64,000 nucleotides of DNA. It comes from an uncultured Burkholderiaceae bacterium (GTDB taxonomy: Bacteria; Pseudomonadota; Gammaproteobacteria; Burkholderiales; Burkholderiaceae_C). The position numbers were made by a program, and so were the translations under genes. The DNA lies in contig CAYZHE010000011.1 in assembly GCA_964478285.1 (NCBI GenBank), forward strand, positions 4,226-68,225. The letters are read 5' to 3'. The notes beneath the pieces are model-generated. The model was not told where the DNA came from. It saw only the letters and a list, made by a program, of their open reading frames with translations, and ran no database searches. Below, one piece after another: positions 10,283-19,711 of the stretch (the first letter of the stretch is position 1; each line of letters begins with the position of its first letter).

Positions 10283-11511
10283 CCGCATTCCATTTATTTC
10301 TCCCTTGTCCTGCTGGCGTCGAGTCTATGTTGGCAGACGAAGTTGCGCGCATCACGCACAAATCCGCAACGCAACACCGCGCCGGCATCTCGCTCTCCGG
10401 TGACTGGAGCGACGTGATGCTGCTCAATTTGCACAGCCGATTAGCGCAACGCGTGCTGTTGAGAGTTGCGCATAGCCTGTATCAAACAGAGGACGATATC
10501 TATGCAGCCGCATTGAACGTCCCGTGGGAGAACTGGTTCACGACACGCGAGTGGTTTCGCATCGATATCACTGCTAACCAATGTCCACTCAAGAGCATCA
10601 ACTTCGCTGCACTGCGAGTCAAAGACGGCTTGGTGGATCGCTTCCGTGATCGCACAGGAGAGCGCCCGAGTGTCGATACACAGCGGCCTCATGTGCGGGT
10701 TCAGGCTCACTTGAGTGCCACCGAGGTTAGTCTGTTTTTAGACACTTCTGGCGAGCCATTGTTCAAGCGCGGATGGCGCCAGGACAAGGGAGACGCGCCA
10801 CTGAAGGAGACTTTGGCTGCAGCACTGATCGTGGCAACAGGGTGGGACCCATTGGGAGATCAGGCATTGTATGACCCGTGTTGTGGCAGCGGCACTATTG
10901 CCATCGAAGCCGCTCAAATGTCTTGTCAAATCGCACCAGGATTGAATCGCCGATTCGCTTTCGAAAAACTGATGGGTTTTGACCGAACCCGATGGCTCGA
11001 CTGTCGCAAGGCGGCCATGGCCTCGATTCGCGTACCCGAAACGCCAAGAGTGTTCGGCAGCGATGTGTCGCATCGCATGGTCGATTTCGCCCAACGCAAC
11101 GCGGAGCGCGCCGGCGTGACCAAAGCACTTGAATTGCGCGGTGGTGACGCCTTGCAGCGGATGCCTCCCAGCAACGAAGCTGGCGTGATGCTCCTGAATC
11201 CACCATATGGCGAGCGCATTGATGTCGCAGGCGTTGCCAAGGGGGGTGCCAACCGGCGCTTCCAAACGCGTGACTCGGCGCCGGTCGATATGGATGATGA
11301 GAGCGCAAGCGCTTTTTACAGCGCATTGGCTGCTCATTGGAAAAGCCATTTTGACGGCTGGAGCGCATGGGTTTTGAGCCCCGACGCCAAGCTGCCAGGC
11401 TTGATGCGCCTCAAAGAAACGCGGCGTATGCCAGTGTTCAATGGTCCTATTGAGTGCCGTTTGTTTCGCTTTGATATCCAGGCCCGCAAGCAACAGCCAC
11501 CTGCGCGATGA
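10279..11511 (+). CDS. THUMP-domain class I SAM-dependent RNA methyltransferase (RlmL N-half-like)
   Basis: It has the SAM-binding motif YDPCCGSGTIAIEAA, the catalytic NPPYGERI and a THUMP-like N-terminal region. A likely GTG start at 10279 overlaps the rpoN stop (GTGA). Confidence 0.8.
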   Translation: MTAFHLFLPCPAGVESMLADEVARITHKSATQHRAGISLSGDWSDVMLLNLHSRLAQRVLLRVAHSLYQTEDDIYAAALNVPWENWFTTREWFRIDITANQCPLKSINFAALRVKDGLVDRFRDRTGERPSVDTQRPHVRVQAHLSATEVSLFLDTSGEPLFKRGWRQDKGDAPLKETLAAALIVATGWDPLGDQALYDPCCGSGTIAIEAAQMSCQIAPGLNRRFAFEKLMGFDRTRWLDCRKAAMASIRVPETPRVFGSDVSHRMVDFAQRNAERAGVTKALELRGGDALQRMPPSNEAGVMLLNPPYGERIDVAGVAKGGANRRFQTRDSAPVDMDDESASAFYSALAAHWKSHFDGWSAWVLSPDAKLPGLMRLKETRRMPVFNGPIECRLFRFDIQARKQQPPAR

Positions 11512-11930
11512 TGAGCCATCTGGTGCTGGACACCAACATCATTCTGGATGTCTTGGTCTTTGAAGAGGAACGATGCCATCCCTTGCGCACAGCACTCCAA
11601 CAAGGGCGAATCAGGCTCTTCGCAACCCAGGATATGCGCGCAGAATTGGTGCGCGTATTGGACTACCCGAACATCAAAAAACGCAGGGATCAAAGGCAGC
11701 TATCGATTCCCCATGTATTGAGTCAATTCGACAACTGGGTGGATTGGTGCGAGCCGGCACCCAAGGTCGGCTTTACCTGCAAAGACCCTGACGATCAATG
11801 TTTTTTAAATTTAGCAGCTCAACAACAGTGCGCATTGATCAGCAAAGACGAAGCCGTACTGACGATGCGCAAACGCATGGCCACTGTAGGCGTCATGGTG
11901 CATGACGTTTGGACTGATCCAGCCCCATGA
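11508..11930 (+). CDS. PIN-domain protein (putative ribonuclease; solo PIN toxin-like family)
   Basis: LVLDTNIILDVL places an acidic Asp in the first strand, and further conserved acidic residues (CKDPDDQCFLNLA, ISKDEAVL) fit a PIN fold in 140 aa. The ATG overlaps the methyltransferase stop (ATGA). Confidence 0.7.
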   Translation: MMSHLVLDTNIILDVLVFEEERCHPLRTALQQGRIRLFATQDMRAELVRVLDYPNIKKRRDQRQLSIPHVLSQFDNWVDWCEPAPKVGFTCKDPDDQCFLNLAAQQQCALISKDEAVLTMRKRMATVGVMVHDVWTDPAP

Positions 11931-12666
11931 TGAAACGCAGCGAAGGCATGGAGTGGGCTCGCATTTGTTCATCAGAGTACGCCTCGTTGGACCCAACAGG
12001 GCAAGCTCTCCTGGCCAAACAATCGAGTCGGCAACTCGAATTCGCGCTGAGTCGGTGCGACTGACATTGACTGCCATCCCATTGAGGCGAACAGGCGCCG
12101 GCTGGACAAGCAGCCTCACATGCCCGAGTGAGGCAGCTATCGCAAGGTGATGGGCGATCGACGGGGTCGCATCGCGGCGCCAAAACATCAGCGCAAATCA
12201 CGGCGCGGTATGCAAACCACGTCCCCCACATCTCGTCGATGTTCAATTGAAAAGGGCTGTGGTGTTTCCAGCCCAATATCCGTCCAATCGCCTGTAAAGG
12301 GACCACTGCGCCCATCTCGCCAGTCGCGTCGGGCACCCAAACTTTTGCGGCCCACCCCCTGAGTTGGATGCGCTCACTCAGAAATTGATGCACCCACCTG
12401 TCAATCGGGTTTGCTTCATCAGCCAGCTCATCGATGGAGGCCACGCGATAAGCATCAAGAATCGTTCGCCAAAGGGCGCGGCCATGGTGCCCGACGATCC
12501 ACCATTGCTTGGCCTGCATCGCATGAGCATGGTCTAGCTCGAGGCGGCCTTGCAAATACTCTCCCAACTGGGCTGGTTCCATGACGCCCAGCACGCTCAA
12601 GCCGTGCGCGTCTAAATCATTGACCCAATCACTCCAATCGCTCGCTGAAATCAATGATTCAGTCAT
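11893..12666 (-). CDS. Cys-rich putative Fe-S (ferredoxin-like) protein of unknown function
   Basis: The C-terminal part carries the clusters CDSCLTRACEAACP and CRLDCLARRACPVG, which resemble 4Fe-4S ferredoxin motifs. The ATG shares a base with the dtd stop (TGATG). I do not recognise a family assignment. Confidence 0.45.
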   Translation of the reverse strand: MTESLISASDWSDWVNDLDAHGLSVLGVMEPAQLGEYLQGRLELDHAHAMQAKQWWIVGHHGRALWRTILDAYRVASIDELADEANPIDRWVHQFLSERIQLRGWAAKVWVPDATGEMGAVVPLQAIGRILGWKHHSPFQLNIDEMWGTWFAYRAVICADVLAPRCDPVDRPSPCDSCLTRACEAACPAGACSPQWDGSQCQSHRLSANSSCRLDCLARRACPVGSNEAYSDEQMRAHSMPSLRFIMGLDQSKRHAP

Positions 12667-13103
12667 CACAATTGCATGGGAATGGTGACAGGTCCGTCGT
12701 TGATCAGGTGTACTTGCATGTCTGCTGCAAACACGCCAGTTGCTACCCGAGGGTGCGCATCCCGCGCCATGTGCACCAACTGATCAAACCAGTCGCGGGC
12801 CATTTCAGGCGCCGCTGCGCCAGAAAATCCAGGGCGAGTACCGCGACTCACATCCGCAGCCAGCGTGAATTGACTGACCAACAGCAAACCGCCCTGCACA
12901 TCTTGGACGCTGCGATTCATTTTGCCCTCTTGGTCTGAAAAAATGCGCAGCCGCAGCAGCTTGTCTAAAAATTTTTGGGCAGTTTGCTCGGTGTCTTGAG
13001 GCTGGGCGCAGACGAGTACCAAAAGGCCATGTCCAATTTCGCCAACCACCGCAGCGTCCACCTCAACCCTAGCTTGTTTCACTCGTTGGATGACTGCAAG
13101 CAT
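12666..13103 (-). CDS. dtd: D-aminoacyl-tRNA deacylase
   Basis: This 145-aa protein reads MLAVIQRVKQARVEV...GLLVLVC...SQFTLAAD...GTRPGF...NDGPVTI, a typical Dtd sequence. Confidence 0.9.
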   Translation of the reverse strand: MLAVIQRVKQARVEVDAAVVGEIGHGLLVLVCAQPQDTEQTAQKFLDKLLRLRIFSDQEGKMNRSVQDVQGGLLLVSQFTLAADVSRGTRPGFSGAAAPEMARDWFDQLVHMARDAHPRVATGVFAADMQVHLINDGPVTIPMQL

Positions 13104-13109
13104 TTTCTG

Positions 13110-14027
13110 CTATTTGATGTCGCGAGGATCGTCAAAATGGGCCTCTACATTAGTAGGCAACAACTGGATCGTCGCGCGCAAGCCTGGCACCGAACTCATC
13201 AGGGCCTGCTCCACGCTGATGCGCACAGCAGCAGCCCGTTGCAAGCTCCAAGAGCCCGGCAAATGCATGTGTACGTCGACAAAACATCGGTTGCCGGCAC
13301 GGCGCGTGTACAAGTGATCAAAACGAAGGATGGGGTGACCGTTTCGGGTCAACACGAATTCGTCCAAAACCCCACGAATGCTCGCCAAGGTGTCTGCGTC
13401 CACCGCCTCATCCATGAGTCCTTGCGAGGACTCCCAAACGAGCTTGACACCTTCGCGCGCGATATTTAGCGCCACAACGGCGGCGGCAACCAAGTCCAGC
13501 CACCACCACCCGGTAAACTGCGCGAGCATCAGCCCAGCCACGACGCCTGCCGATGTCCACACATCGGTGATCAAATGGCGCGCATCTCCCTCTAAGGCTT
13601 TGGATCGAAATCGCCGAGCAGAGTGGATCATTCCCCAAGCCAAAAAACCATTGAATGCGGAGCTCAACACCGACAGCCCAATGCCTATATCCAGTGCGCC
13701 CAAGGGCACCGGATCAAACCAACGATCAATGGTGGACCACATGATTCCGGTCGCAGCGCCGAGAATCAAAATGCCTTCAAACCCAGATGAAAAATACTCC
13801 GCCTTGTGATGCCCATATGGGTGATCTTCGTCAGCTGGCTGTTGCGCCACCACGACCATGCGCCAAGCAAACATCGCGCCTGCAAGGTTGACAAAACTTT
13901 CCATCGCATCCGAAAGCAAGGCCACCGAATCGGTGATCCACCAAGCCAGTGTCTTGAGCCCGATCGTGATCAAGGCCACAGCAGCCGAGACTTTGAGCCA
14001 CTGCGAGGGTTGCCAGTTGGCGATCAA
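13110..14027 (-). CDS. Cation diffusion facilitator (CDF) family metal efflux transporter
   Basis: It has 6 TM helices with LLSDAMESFVN and HPYGHHKAEYF motifs and a C-terminal cytoplasmic domain. Confidence 0.85.
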   Translation of the reverse strand: MIANWQPSQWLKVSAAVALITIGLKTLAWWITDSVALLSDAMESFVNLAGAMFAWRMVVVAQQPADEDHPYGHHKAEYFSSGFEGILILGAATGIMWSTIDRWFDPVPLGALDIGIGLSVLSSAFNGFLAWGMIHSARRFRSKALEGDARHLITDVWTSAGVVAGLMLAQFTGWWWLDLVAAAVVALNIAREGVKLVWESSQGLMDEAVDADTLASIRGVLDEFVLTRNGHPILRFDHLYTRRAGNRCFVDVHMHLPGSWSLQRAAAVRISVEQALMSSVPGLRATIQLLPTNVEAHFDDPRDIK

Positions 14028-14039
14028 ATCTAACTCCAG

Positions 14040-15269
14040 TTAGCTGAGCGTGACGCGCGCAAACTTGCGCTTGCCCACCTGCAAGACAAAGCTTCCCGCC
14101 TCTAGCTTAATCCCTCGATCAGTTACCACTGCGCCATCGACTCTCACCCCACCACCGTCGATCAAACGTCCTGCTTCACTGCTCGAAGGTACCAGCCCGG
14201 CTGCCTTAAGTACAGCAGCGATGCCCATGGGTGCGCCCGACACAGTCACCTCGGGAATGTCATCTGGGATGCCCCCTTTGCTGCGGTTGATGAAGTCTTG
14301 CTCAGCAGCAACAGCCGCCGCCGCATTGTGGAAGCGCGCCGTGAGCTCCTTGGCCAACGCAACTTTGGCCTCTTTGGGGTTGAGACCAGCGTTGACCTCC
14401 GAACGCAGTTTCTCAATCTCGGCCATCGAGCGGAACGACAACAAGGTGTACCAACGCCACATCAACTCGTCGCTAATCGACAGCGTTTTGGCAAACATCG
14501 TGTTGGCGTCTTCGGTGATACCGATGTAGTTGTTTTTACTCTTGGACATTTTGTCCACGCCATCCAAGCCTTCTAACAAGGGCATCGTCAGAATGCATTG
14601 TGGCTCTTGTCCGTACTCTTGCTGGAGGTGTCGACCCATGAGCAAATTAAACTTTTGGTCAGTCCCGCCCAACTCCAGATCAGAACGCAAGGCCACACTG
14701 TCATAGCCCTGCATCAGCGGGTACAAAAATTCATGCACGCTGATCGACTGTCCGCTGTGGAATCGCTTGTGGAAATCATCTCTCTCCATCATGCGGGCCA
14801 CGGTGTATTTGGCTGATAACTCGATCATGCCCCGGGCACCCAGGGGATCACTCCATTCGCTGTTGTATCGAATTTCTGTTTTTTCAGGATCTAAAACCAG
14901 ACTGGCCTGGGCAAAATAGGTTTTGGCGTTGGCTTCTATCTGCTCTCGTGTCAGGGGTGGACGGGTGGAATTGCGGCCAGAGGGATCACCAATCATCGAT
15001 GTAAAGTCGCCGATCAAAAAGATCACTTGATGCCCCAAGTCTTGAAGCTGGCGCATTTTGTTTAACACCACGGTATGCCCAAAGTGCAAGTCAGGCGCCG
15101 TAGGATCTAAACCCAACTTGATGCGCAACGGCTGCCCGGTCTGCTGGGACCTCGCGAGCTTTTTCAGCCACTCTGCCTGGGGCAACAACTCATCACATCC
15201 GCGCAGGCTAACGGCCAACGCGTGAGCGAGTTCATCGTTCATTTTGATATCTTGGTGTTCTGCGGTCAC
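14040..15269 (-). CDS. tyrS: Tyrosine--tRNA ligase
   Basis: It has the HIGH-type motif PDLHFGH, KMSKS, and a C-terminal S4-like domain. The exact start is uncertain: 15269 or an internal Met. Confidence 0.92.
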   Translation of the reverse strand: MTAEHQDIKMNDELAHALAVSLRGCDELLPQAEWLKKLARSQQTGQPLRIKLGLDPTAPDLHFGHTVVLNKMRQLQDLGHQVIFLIGDFTSMIGDPSGRNSTRPPLTREQIEANAKTYFAQASLVLDPEKTEIRYNSEWSDPLGARGMIELSAKYTVARMMERDDFHKRFHSGQSISVHEFLYPLMQGYDSVALRSDLELGGTDQKFNLLMGRHLQQEYGQEPQCILTMPLLEGLDGVDKMSKSKNNYIGITEDANTMFAKTLSISDELMWRWYTLLSFRSMAEIEKLRSEVNAGLNPKEAKVALAKELTARFHNAAAAVAAEQDFINRSKGGIPDDIPEVTVSGAPMGIAAVLKAAGLVPSSSEAGRLIDGGGVRVDGAVVTDRGIKLEAGSFVLQVGKRKFARVTLS

Positions 15270-15444
15270 TGGTCAATTACCCATTCAGAGCTGCGGATTG
15301 GTGGCTTGTATACTTTGGCATCACAAAGCATTGGTTGAAAATGGCGGTTTGCCCCTTCAACTGTCGATTGATACCAGATTGTAGTGGCGAGTCTTTGGCA
15401 AAAATTTGCGCACTTGAGCGATCGTTTTCAAACATTGTCCAGCG

Positions 15445-16794
15445 GTGAATCCTGTACGAGACCAGTTTCGTCAACACGCGATAGACCTTGAGGCTTCAGC
15501 TCGAACGCCTCGGTCTGCGCAGTGGCGTCGGCGCGCCGCAACAGCGATCGCGGCGTCGTCGATTCTGATCTGCGCACTCACTAGGGCCACGCTGAACTCT
15601 AGCGCGACGCCCAAAAGAGAGGGGGCTCCAACCGTGGAAACGGTCGAGTACATCGATTTATTTGACCGACTCATCCCGGAAATGGCGCTGCACGCGAGCA
15701 CGGCCATCGAAACGGGCGACACCATCAGATCGGTCTTCGAGCGACTCGCTATTCAGGACCTCGACGCTGAGCGCACGCTCCAGAACAACGATCGGATCAT
15801 TGCGCTGCTGAACCTGCGTAACAAGGTCTGGGCAAAAGCGAAAACCAACACGGGCGGCAGGCTTGAAGAGCTCCAGTTTGTGTGGAGCCCGCGGGGTCAA
15901 ACTCAAACCGCCCGCTCACTCAAACTCCATCGACTGACTGAAAGCCAATGGCAAATAGATGAGTCTGATGTCGCGCTACAGCGTCAGGTACGGCTTGTCT
16001 CTGGGCGCATCGAATCCTCCTTGTTTGCTGCCACAGACCAGCTTGGCCTGAACGATGCCATCGCCATCGAGATTGCTGAAGCTTTCTCCAACGATATCGA
16101 TTTCCGGCGTGATTTGCGCCAAGGAGATCAATTCTCAGTCGCCTACGAAGAATGGGTCAATGATGGCGAGGCGATTGCGGATGGCCAAGTGCTGGCCATG
16201 GAGTTCATCAACAAAGGTAAAAAATTGCAAGCCATCTGGTTTGCAGAAAAAAATGAATATTTTGATGCCGACGGCAACAGTGCGAAACGCGAATTTTTGG
16301 CTTCGCCCATGCGGTTCTCGCGCGTATCCAGTGGTTTCAAGATGCGCTTCCATCCAATACAAAAAACCTGGAAACGCCACCTCGGCGTTGACTACGTAGC
16401 CCCGACTGGAACGCCCGTTCGCAGTGTTGGGCGAGGTACGGTGCGCTTCGCTGGTTGGCAAAACGGATATGGGAATGTCGTCATCGTGCGCCACAACGGT
16501 GGTAAGGAAACGCTGTACGCCCACCTGAGCCGCGTCACAGTGCGCAAAGGCCAGAGAATAGAGCGCGAAGAAACCCTTGGTGCGGTTGGCAGCACCGGGT
16601 GGGCCACTGGCCCTCATTTGCATTTTGAGTTTCGCGTGGACGGACAGCACAAAGATCCAGCCATATTGGCGAAGCAGAGCAAGTCCCTGCGTCTCACACA
16701 AGCGGAGCTGTCACGGTTCAAGTTCATTTCACAAGAGATGCAGGCTGCGCTGACCACCGCCGGTGCGGTTCAAACGGCAGAAGTCGAGCGCTGA
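15445..16794 (+). CDS. M23/LytM-family peptidoglycan DD-metalloendopeptidase
   Basis: The C-terminal M23 motifs HLGVDY and GSTGWATGPHLHFE are present, with an N-terminal membrane anchor or signal. A GTG start at 15445 is assumed. Confidence 0.8.
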   Translation: MNPVRDQFRQHAIDLEASARTPRSAQWRRRAATAIAASSILICALTRATLNSSATPKREGAPTVETVEYIDLFDRLIPEMALHASTAIETGDTIRSVFERLAIQDLDAERTLQNNDRIIALLNLRNKVWAKAKTNTGGRLEELQFVWSPRGQTQTARSLKLHRLTESQWQIDESDVALQRQVRLVSGRIESSLFAATDQLGLNDAIAIEIAEAFSNDIDFRRDLRQGDQFSVAYEEWVNDGEAIADGQVLAMEFINKGKKLQAIWFAEKNEYFDADGNSAKREFLASPMRFSRVSSGFKMRFHPIQKTWKRHLGVDYVAPTGTPVRSVGRGTVRFAGWQNGYGNVVIVRHNGGKETLYAHLSRVTVRKGQRIEREETLGAVGSTGWATGPHLHFEFRVDGQHKDPAILAKQSKSLRLTQAELSRFKFISQEMQAALTTAGAVQTAEVER

Positions 16795-16801
16795 GGTACA
16801 A

Positions 16802-17917
16802 ATGAGCCCTCCCGAGCTCTACCTTGGATTGATGTCTGGCACCTCGATGGACGGCGTCGATGCGGTGTTGGCAACGATCCATTCAACAGGTGGCTTGCAA
16901 GTACTAGCGCACCGGCATTGCCCGATGCCAGAGGAATTGCGTGCGCTCTGCCTCTCACTGAATTCAATCGGGGACGACGAGTTAGACGGCATGCAGCGCG
17001 CCGGCAATCATCTGGCCAATTGGTATGCGAATGCTATACATGGCTTATTGGCCGAGGCAAAAACTCCAGCAAAAGACATCCTCGCGATCGGTGTGCACGG
17101 TCAGACGGTGCGCCATCAGCCGAACGGCGTGCAAGGCGTCCCCAATAGCCGTTACACCGTACAGCTGAACAACCCGGCCCTACTGGCTGAACTCACCGGC
17201 ATCGATGTGATCGCCCATTTTCGGGAGCGGGATCTCGCCGCAGGCGGTCAGGGTGCGCCACTCGTCCCTGCCTTTCATCGCCAGTGTTTTGGTGAGACCG
17301 ACCGAAATATCGCAGTCGTCAACATTGGCGGGATCGCCAACGTCACTTGGCTGGGGGCGGACCAATCGTGCCTGGGCTGGGACAGCGGGCCAGGCAACAT
17401 GCTGTTGGACGCCTGGTGTGAGCTGCATACCGGGAAGCCATGGGATGAGGGTGGCGAGTGGGCCGCAAGTGGCCGTATCCAAAGCGCCTTGTTGCACCGG
17501 TGGATGCAAGATCCCTACTTCCGGCGCTCTGGTGCCAAAAGCAGCGGGCGGGACTATTTCGGGGTTCACTGGCTAGATCAAGACGCTGAAGTTCGGAGCT
17601 TGGCGCCTGAAGACGTCCAGGCAACCTTGGTTGCGCTGACTGCCCATAGCATCGTGGACTCCTTGCCCTCCGAACCGGATCGCTTGCTGGTTTGTGGTGG
17701 AGGCGCGCTGAACCCACAGCTGATGTCTGCAATGGTCGCTTTGCTTCCCCAGACCGAGGTGGTTGCGTCCAGCGCCGCTGGCTTGCCTCCGATGCAAGTC
17801 GAAGCTGCCGCATTCGCATGGCTGGCATGGGCATGGGTGCATCGGGTGCCAGGTAACTGGCCTGCAGCGACAGGTGCCAAGGGACCGCGAGTGCTGGGAG
17901 CCCTCTTCCCTGCTTGA
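16802..17917 (+). CDS. anmK: Anhydro-N-acetylmuramic acid kinase
   Basis: YLGLMSGTSMDGVDAVLA at the N-terminus and an AnmK-like sequence throughout support the call. ATG is at 16802. Confidence 0.9.
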   Translation: MSPPELYLGLMSGTSMDGVDAVLATIHSTGGLQVLAHRHCPMPEELRALCLSLNSIGDDELDGMQRAGNHLANWYANAIHGLLAEAKTPAKDILAIGVHGQTVRHQPNGVQGVPNSRYTVQLNNPALLAELTGIDVIAHFRERDLAAGGQGAPLVPAFHRQCFGETDRNIAVVNIGGIANVTWLGADQSCLGWDSGPGNMLLDAWCELHTGKPWDEGGEWAASGRIQSALLHRWMQDPYFRRSGAKSSGRDYFGVHWLDQDAEVRSLAPEDVQATLVALTAHSIVDSLPSEPDRLLVCGGGALNPQLMSAMVALLPQTEVVASSAAGLPPMQVEAAAFAWLAWAWVHRVPGNWPAATGAKGPRVLGALFPA

Positions 17918-17940
17918 GCTTGGGGTATGGTTCACACCAA

Positions 17941-17965
17941 TAAAAAAGAGCCCGTGCGGGCTCTT
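17941..17965. terminator. Bidirectional hairpin between convergent anmK and erpA
   Basis: The hairpin gagcccg-tgc-gggctc is flanked by an A-run on the + strand, which is a T-run on the minus strand downstream of erpA. Confidence 0.55.
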
Positions 17966-17984
17966 GGCTTGGCGGCTGTCTGAA

Positions 17985-18341
17985 TCAGACGCTGAAGCTG
18001 GAACCACAGCCACAGGTGGTCGTGGCATTGGGGTTCTTGATCACAAACTGAGCGCCTTGCAGATCTTCTTTGTAATCAATTTCAGCCCCGACCAAGTACT
18101 GGTAGCTCATGGCATCGATCAACAGTGACACGCCATTCTTCGTCATAGTGGTGTCGTCATCGTTGGTGATTTCGTCGAAAGTAAAACCGTATTGAAACCC
18201 GGAACAGCCGCCACCCTGAACGAAAACACGCAGCTTCAGGTCTGGGTTACCTTCTTCTGCAATCAAGTCTGCCACTTTGGCTGCCGCAGAATCTGTGAAC
18301 ACCAAAGGCGCGGGCATTTCCATCACAACATCATCTGACAT
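17985..18341 (-). CDS. erpA: Iron-sulfur cluster insertion protein ErpA (HesB/IscA family)
   Basis: [21 protein letters not shown] and the C-terminal CGCGSSF give the typical A-type carrier Cys triad. ATG is at 18341. Confidence 0.9.
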   Translation of the reverse strand: MSDDVVMEMPAPLVFTDSAAAKVADLIAEEGNPDLKLRVFVQGGGCSGFQYGFTFDEITNDDDTTMTKNGVSLLIDAMSYQYLVGAEIDYKEDLQGAQFVIKNPNATTTCGCGSSFSV

Positions 18342-18385
18342 AGGTTTCTTTCTTCTTTGCCGCAAATTTGCGAATAAGTTGAATG

Positions 18386-18808
18386 CTACAGCAATGAGTC
18401 TTCGACGTGGGCTGGAGGCAACAAGCCTCCACCCGCATTGGGGTTTTCTAGCTCGCGATCGGCAATGGGACACAAGCGCCCAGTCACCATCGCACCCAAA
18501 TGGAGCTCGATTTGCCGGTAGTTCACGTCCCCTTGGACAACAGCGTTGGGCTGTAGTTCGGCCAATTGCCTGGCGATCACAGGGCCCTCAATTTTGCCGT
18601 TAACAATCACGTGGGCAGCCATGACTTGTCCTTGGATCAAGGCACCTGGCCCCACCACCAACACACTGGGCTTGTCCGTGGTGGCGATCACATTGCCAGT
18701 AATCGTACCGTCCACGCGCAAGCCATCTTCGAAAGTGATGTCCCCCTGAATATGGGTGCCTGCAGCGACCAAGCTCTTGAGGGCTGGGATCTTGTCTTTT
18801 TTAAACAT
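18386..18808 (-). CDS. Bactofilin (polymer-forming cytoskeletal protein, CcmA-like)
   Basis: A repetitive beta-helix pattern ([24 protein letters not shown]...[20 protein letters not shown]...[20 protein letters not shown]) is present. ATG 18808 is preceded by AGGAG. Confidence 0.8.
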   Translation of the reverse strand: MFKKDKIPALKSLVAAGTHIQGDITFEDGLRVDGTITGNVIATTDKPSVLVVGPGALIQGQVMAAHVIVNGKIEGPVIARQLAELQPNAVVQGDVNYRQIELHLGAMVTGRLCPIADRELENPNAGGGLLPPAHVEDSLL

Positions 18809-18835
18809 GGTGTCTCCTAAAACCATTGCCGGATT

Positions 18836-19606
18836 CTATTTTGGCTTGACTTTAACAGTTGCAGTTGAGATCAACCGTGTTCCTTGGCGCAATTGGACGG
18901 TGAGCGAGTCGAGTTCCAGCGCCTCGGGTACCACGATCAGGCCATCCATGCGCACGTACTGGAGCAAAGTGACCGGCGTTGGGGTGTCCGCCGTACTTTG
19001 CTTCCAGGGCTGCCCTGCCAATTTACCTTGGACCGTGAAAACGAGCTCCCCCTTGAATTCATCGGGATTTTTATTGGCTTGGACGATCAAAGCCCGCCAC
19101 TGCAAATGGGTCGGATCAACGCGCACCGCAGTGATCGTCTTCACGCGTTGCCGAGTCGAGCCCTTGCTTTTCGGAATGACCGTTTCGAAAAATCCGAGAT
19201 CCGTTTTGAGTTGCTCGTTTTCTGACTCCAGCACCCTGAGCCGCCGAGTCAGTTCGGCCTGCATGGCCTGGTCTGCCAGCTTCTGGCTTTGCGCCGTATT
19301 GTTCAAAAGCCGCGCCTGCTCAACCACGTCCTTTTGCGACAAGAGTGTTTCTCTCAAGACTTGATTTTCGCCTGCCAAATGAGCCAAGCTCTGTTGCGCA
19401 GACGCAAACTCAACTTTCAGCGCCTCGAACTCTGCGACCGTGCTGGTTTGCAATTGTTCCAACCGCTCGCGTTGCACAGCAATCACGCTGCTCAGCACCC
19501 CGACCAACACAAGTGTCAGGGCAGTCACTGCCCAGCGCAATGCTCTTGGCCATCCATCACCCGAGCCTACAAACCACATCCGGCGGCGGCGCAACCAGCG
19601 CCTCAT
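18836..19606 (-). CDS. Membrane-anchored coiled-coil protein, function unknown
   Basis: It has an Arg-rich N-terminus, one TM helix (WAVTALTLVLVGVLSSVIAV), a long heptad-like Q/E/L-rich stretch and a beta-rich C-terminus. It ends 27 nt upstream of the bactofilin gene. Confidence 0.5.
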   Translation of the reverse strand: MRRWLRRRRMWFVGSGDGWPRALRWAVTALTLVLVGVLSSVIAVQRERLEQLQTSTVAEFEALKVEFASAQQSLAHLAGENQVLRETLLSQKDVVEQARLLNNTAQSQKLADQAMQAELTRRLRVLESENEQLKTDLGFFETVIPKSKGSTRQRVKTITAVRVDPTHLQWRALIVQANKNPDEFKGELVFTVQGKLAGQPWKQSTADTPTPVTLLQYVRMDGLIVVPEALELDSLTVQLRQGTRLISTATVKVKPK

Positions 19607-19658
19607 GCCATCACCCTTTGTTGAATCATTCGGACTACCTCGTAGACTCCCAGAAAGC

Positions 19659-19690
19659 AAAAAACCGCCCGGTGTAGCACGCGGGCGGTT
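19659..19690 (-). terminator. Rho-independent terminator after rpsI
   Basis: The minus strand reads aaccgcccg-cgtgctacac-cgggcggtt followed by tttttt. Confidence 0.55.
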
Positions 19691-19711
19691 GATCGCATTC
19701 CAGCAGGCCGA

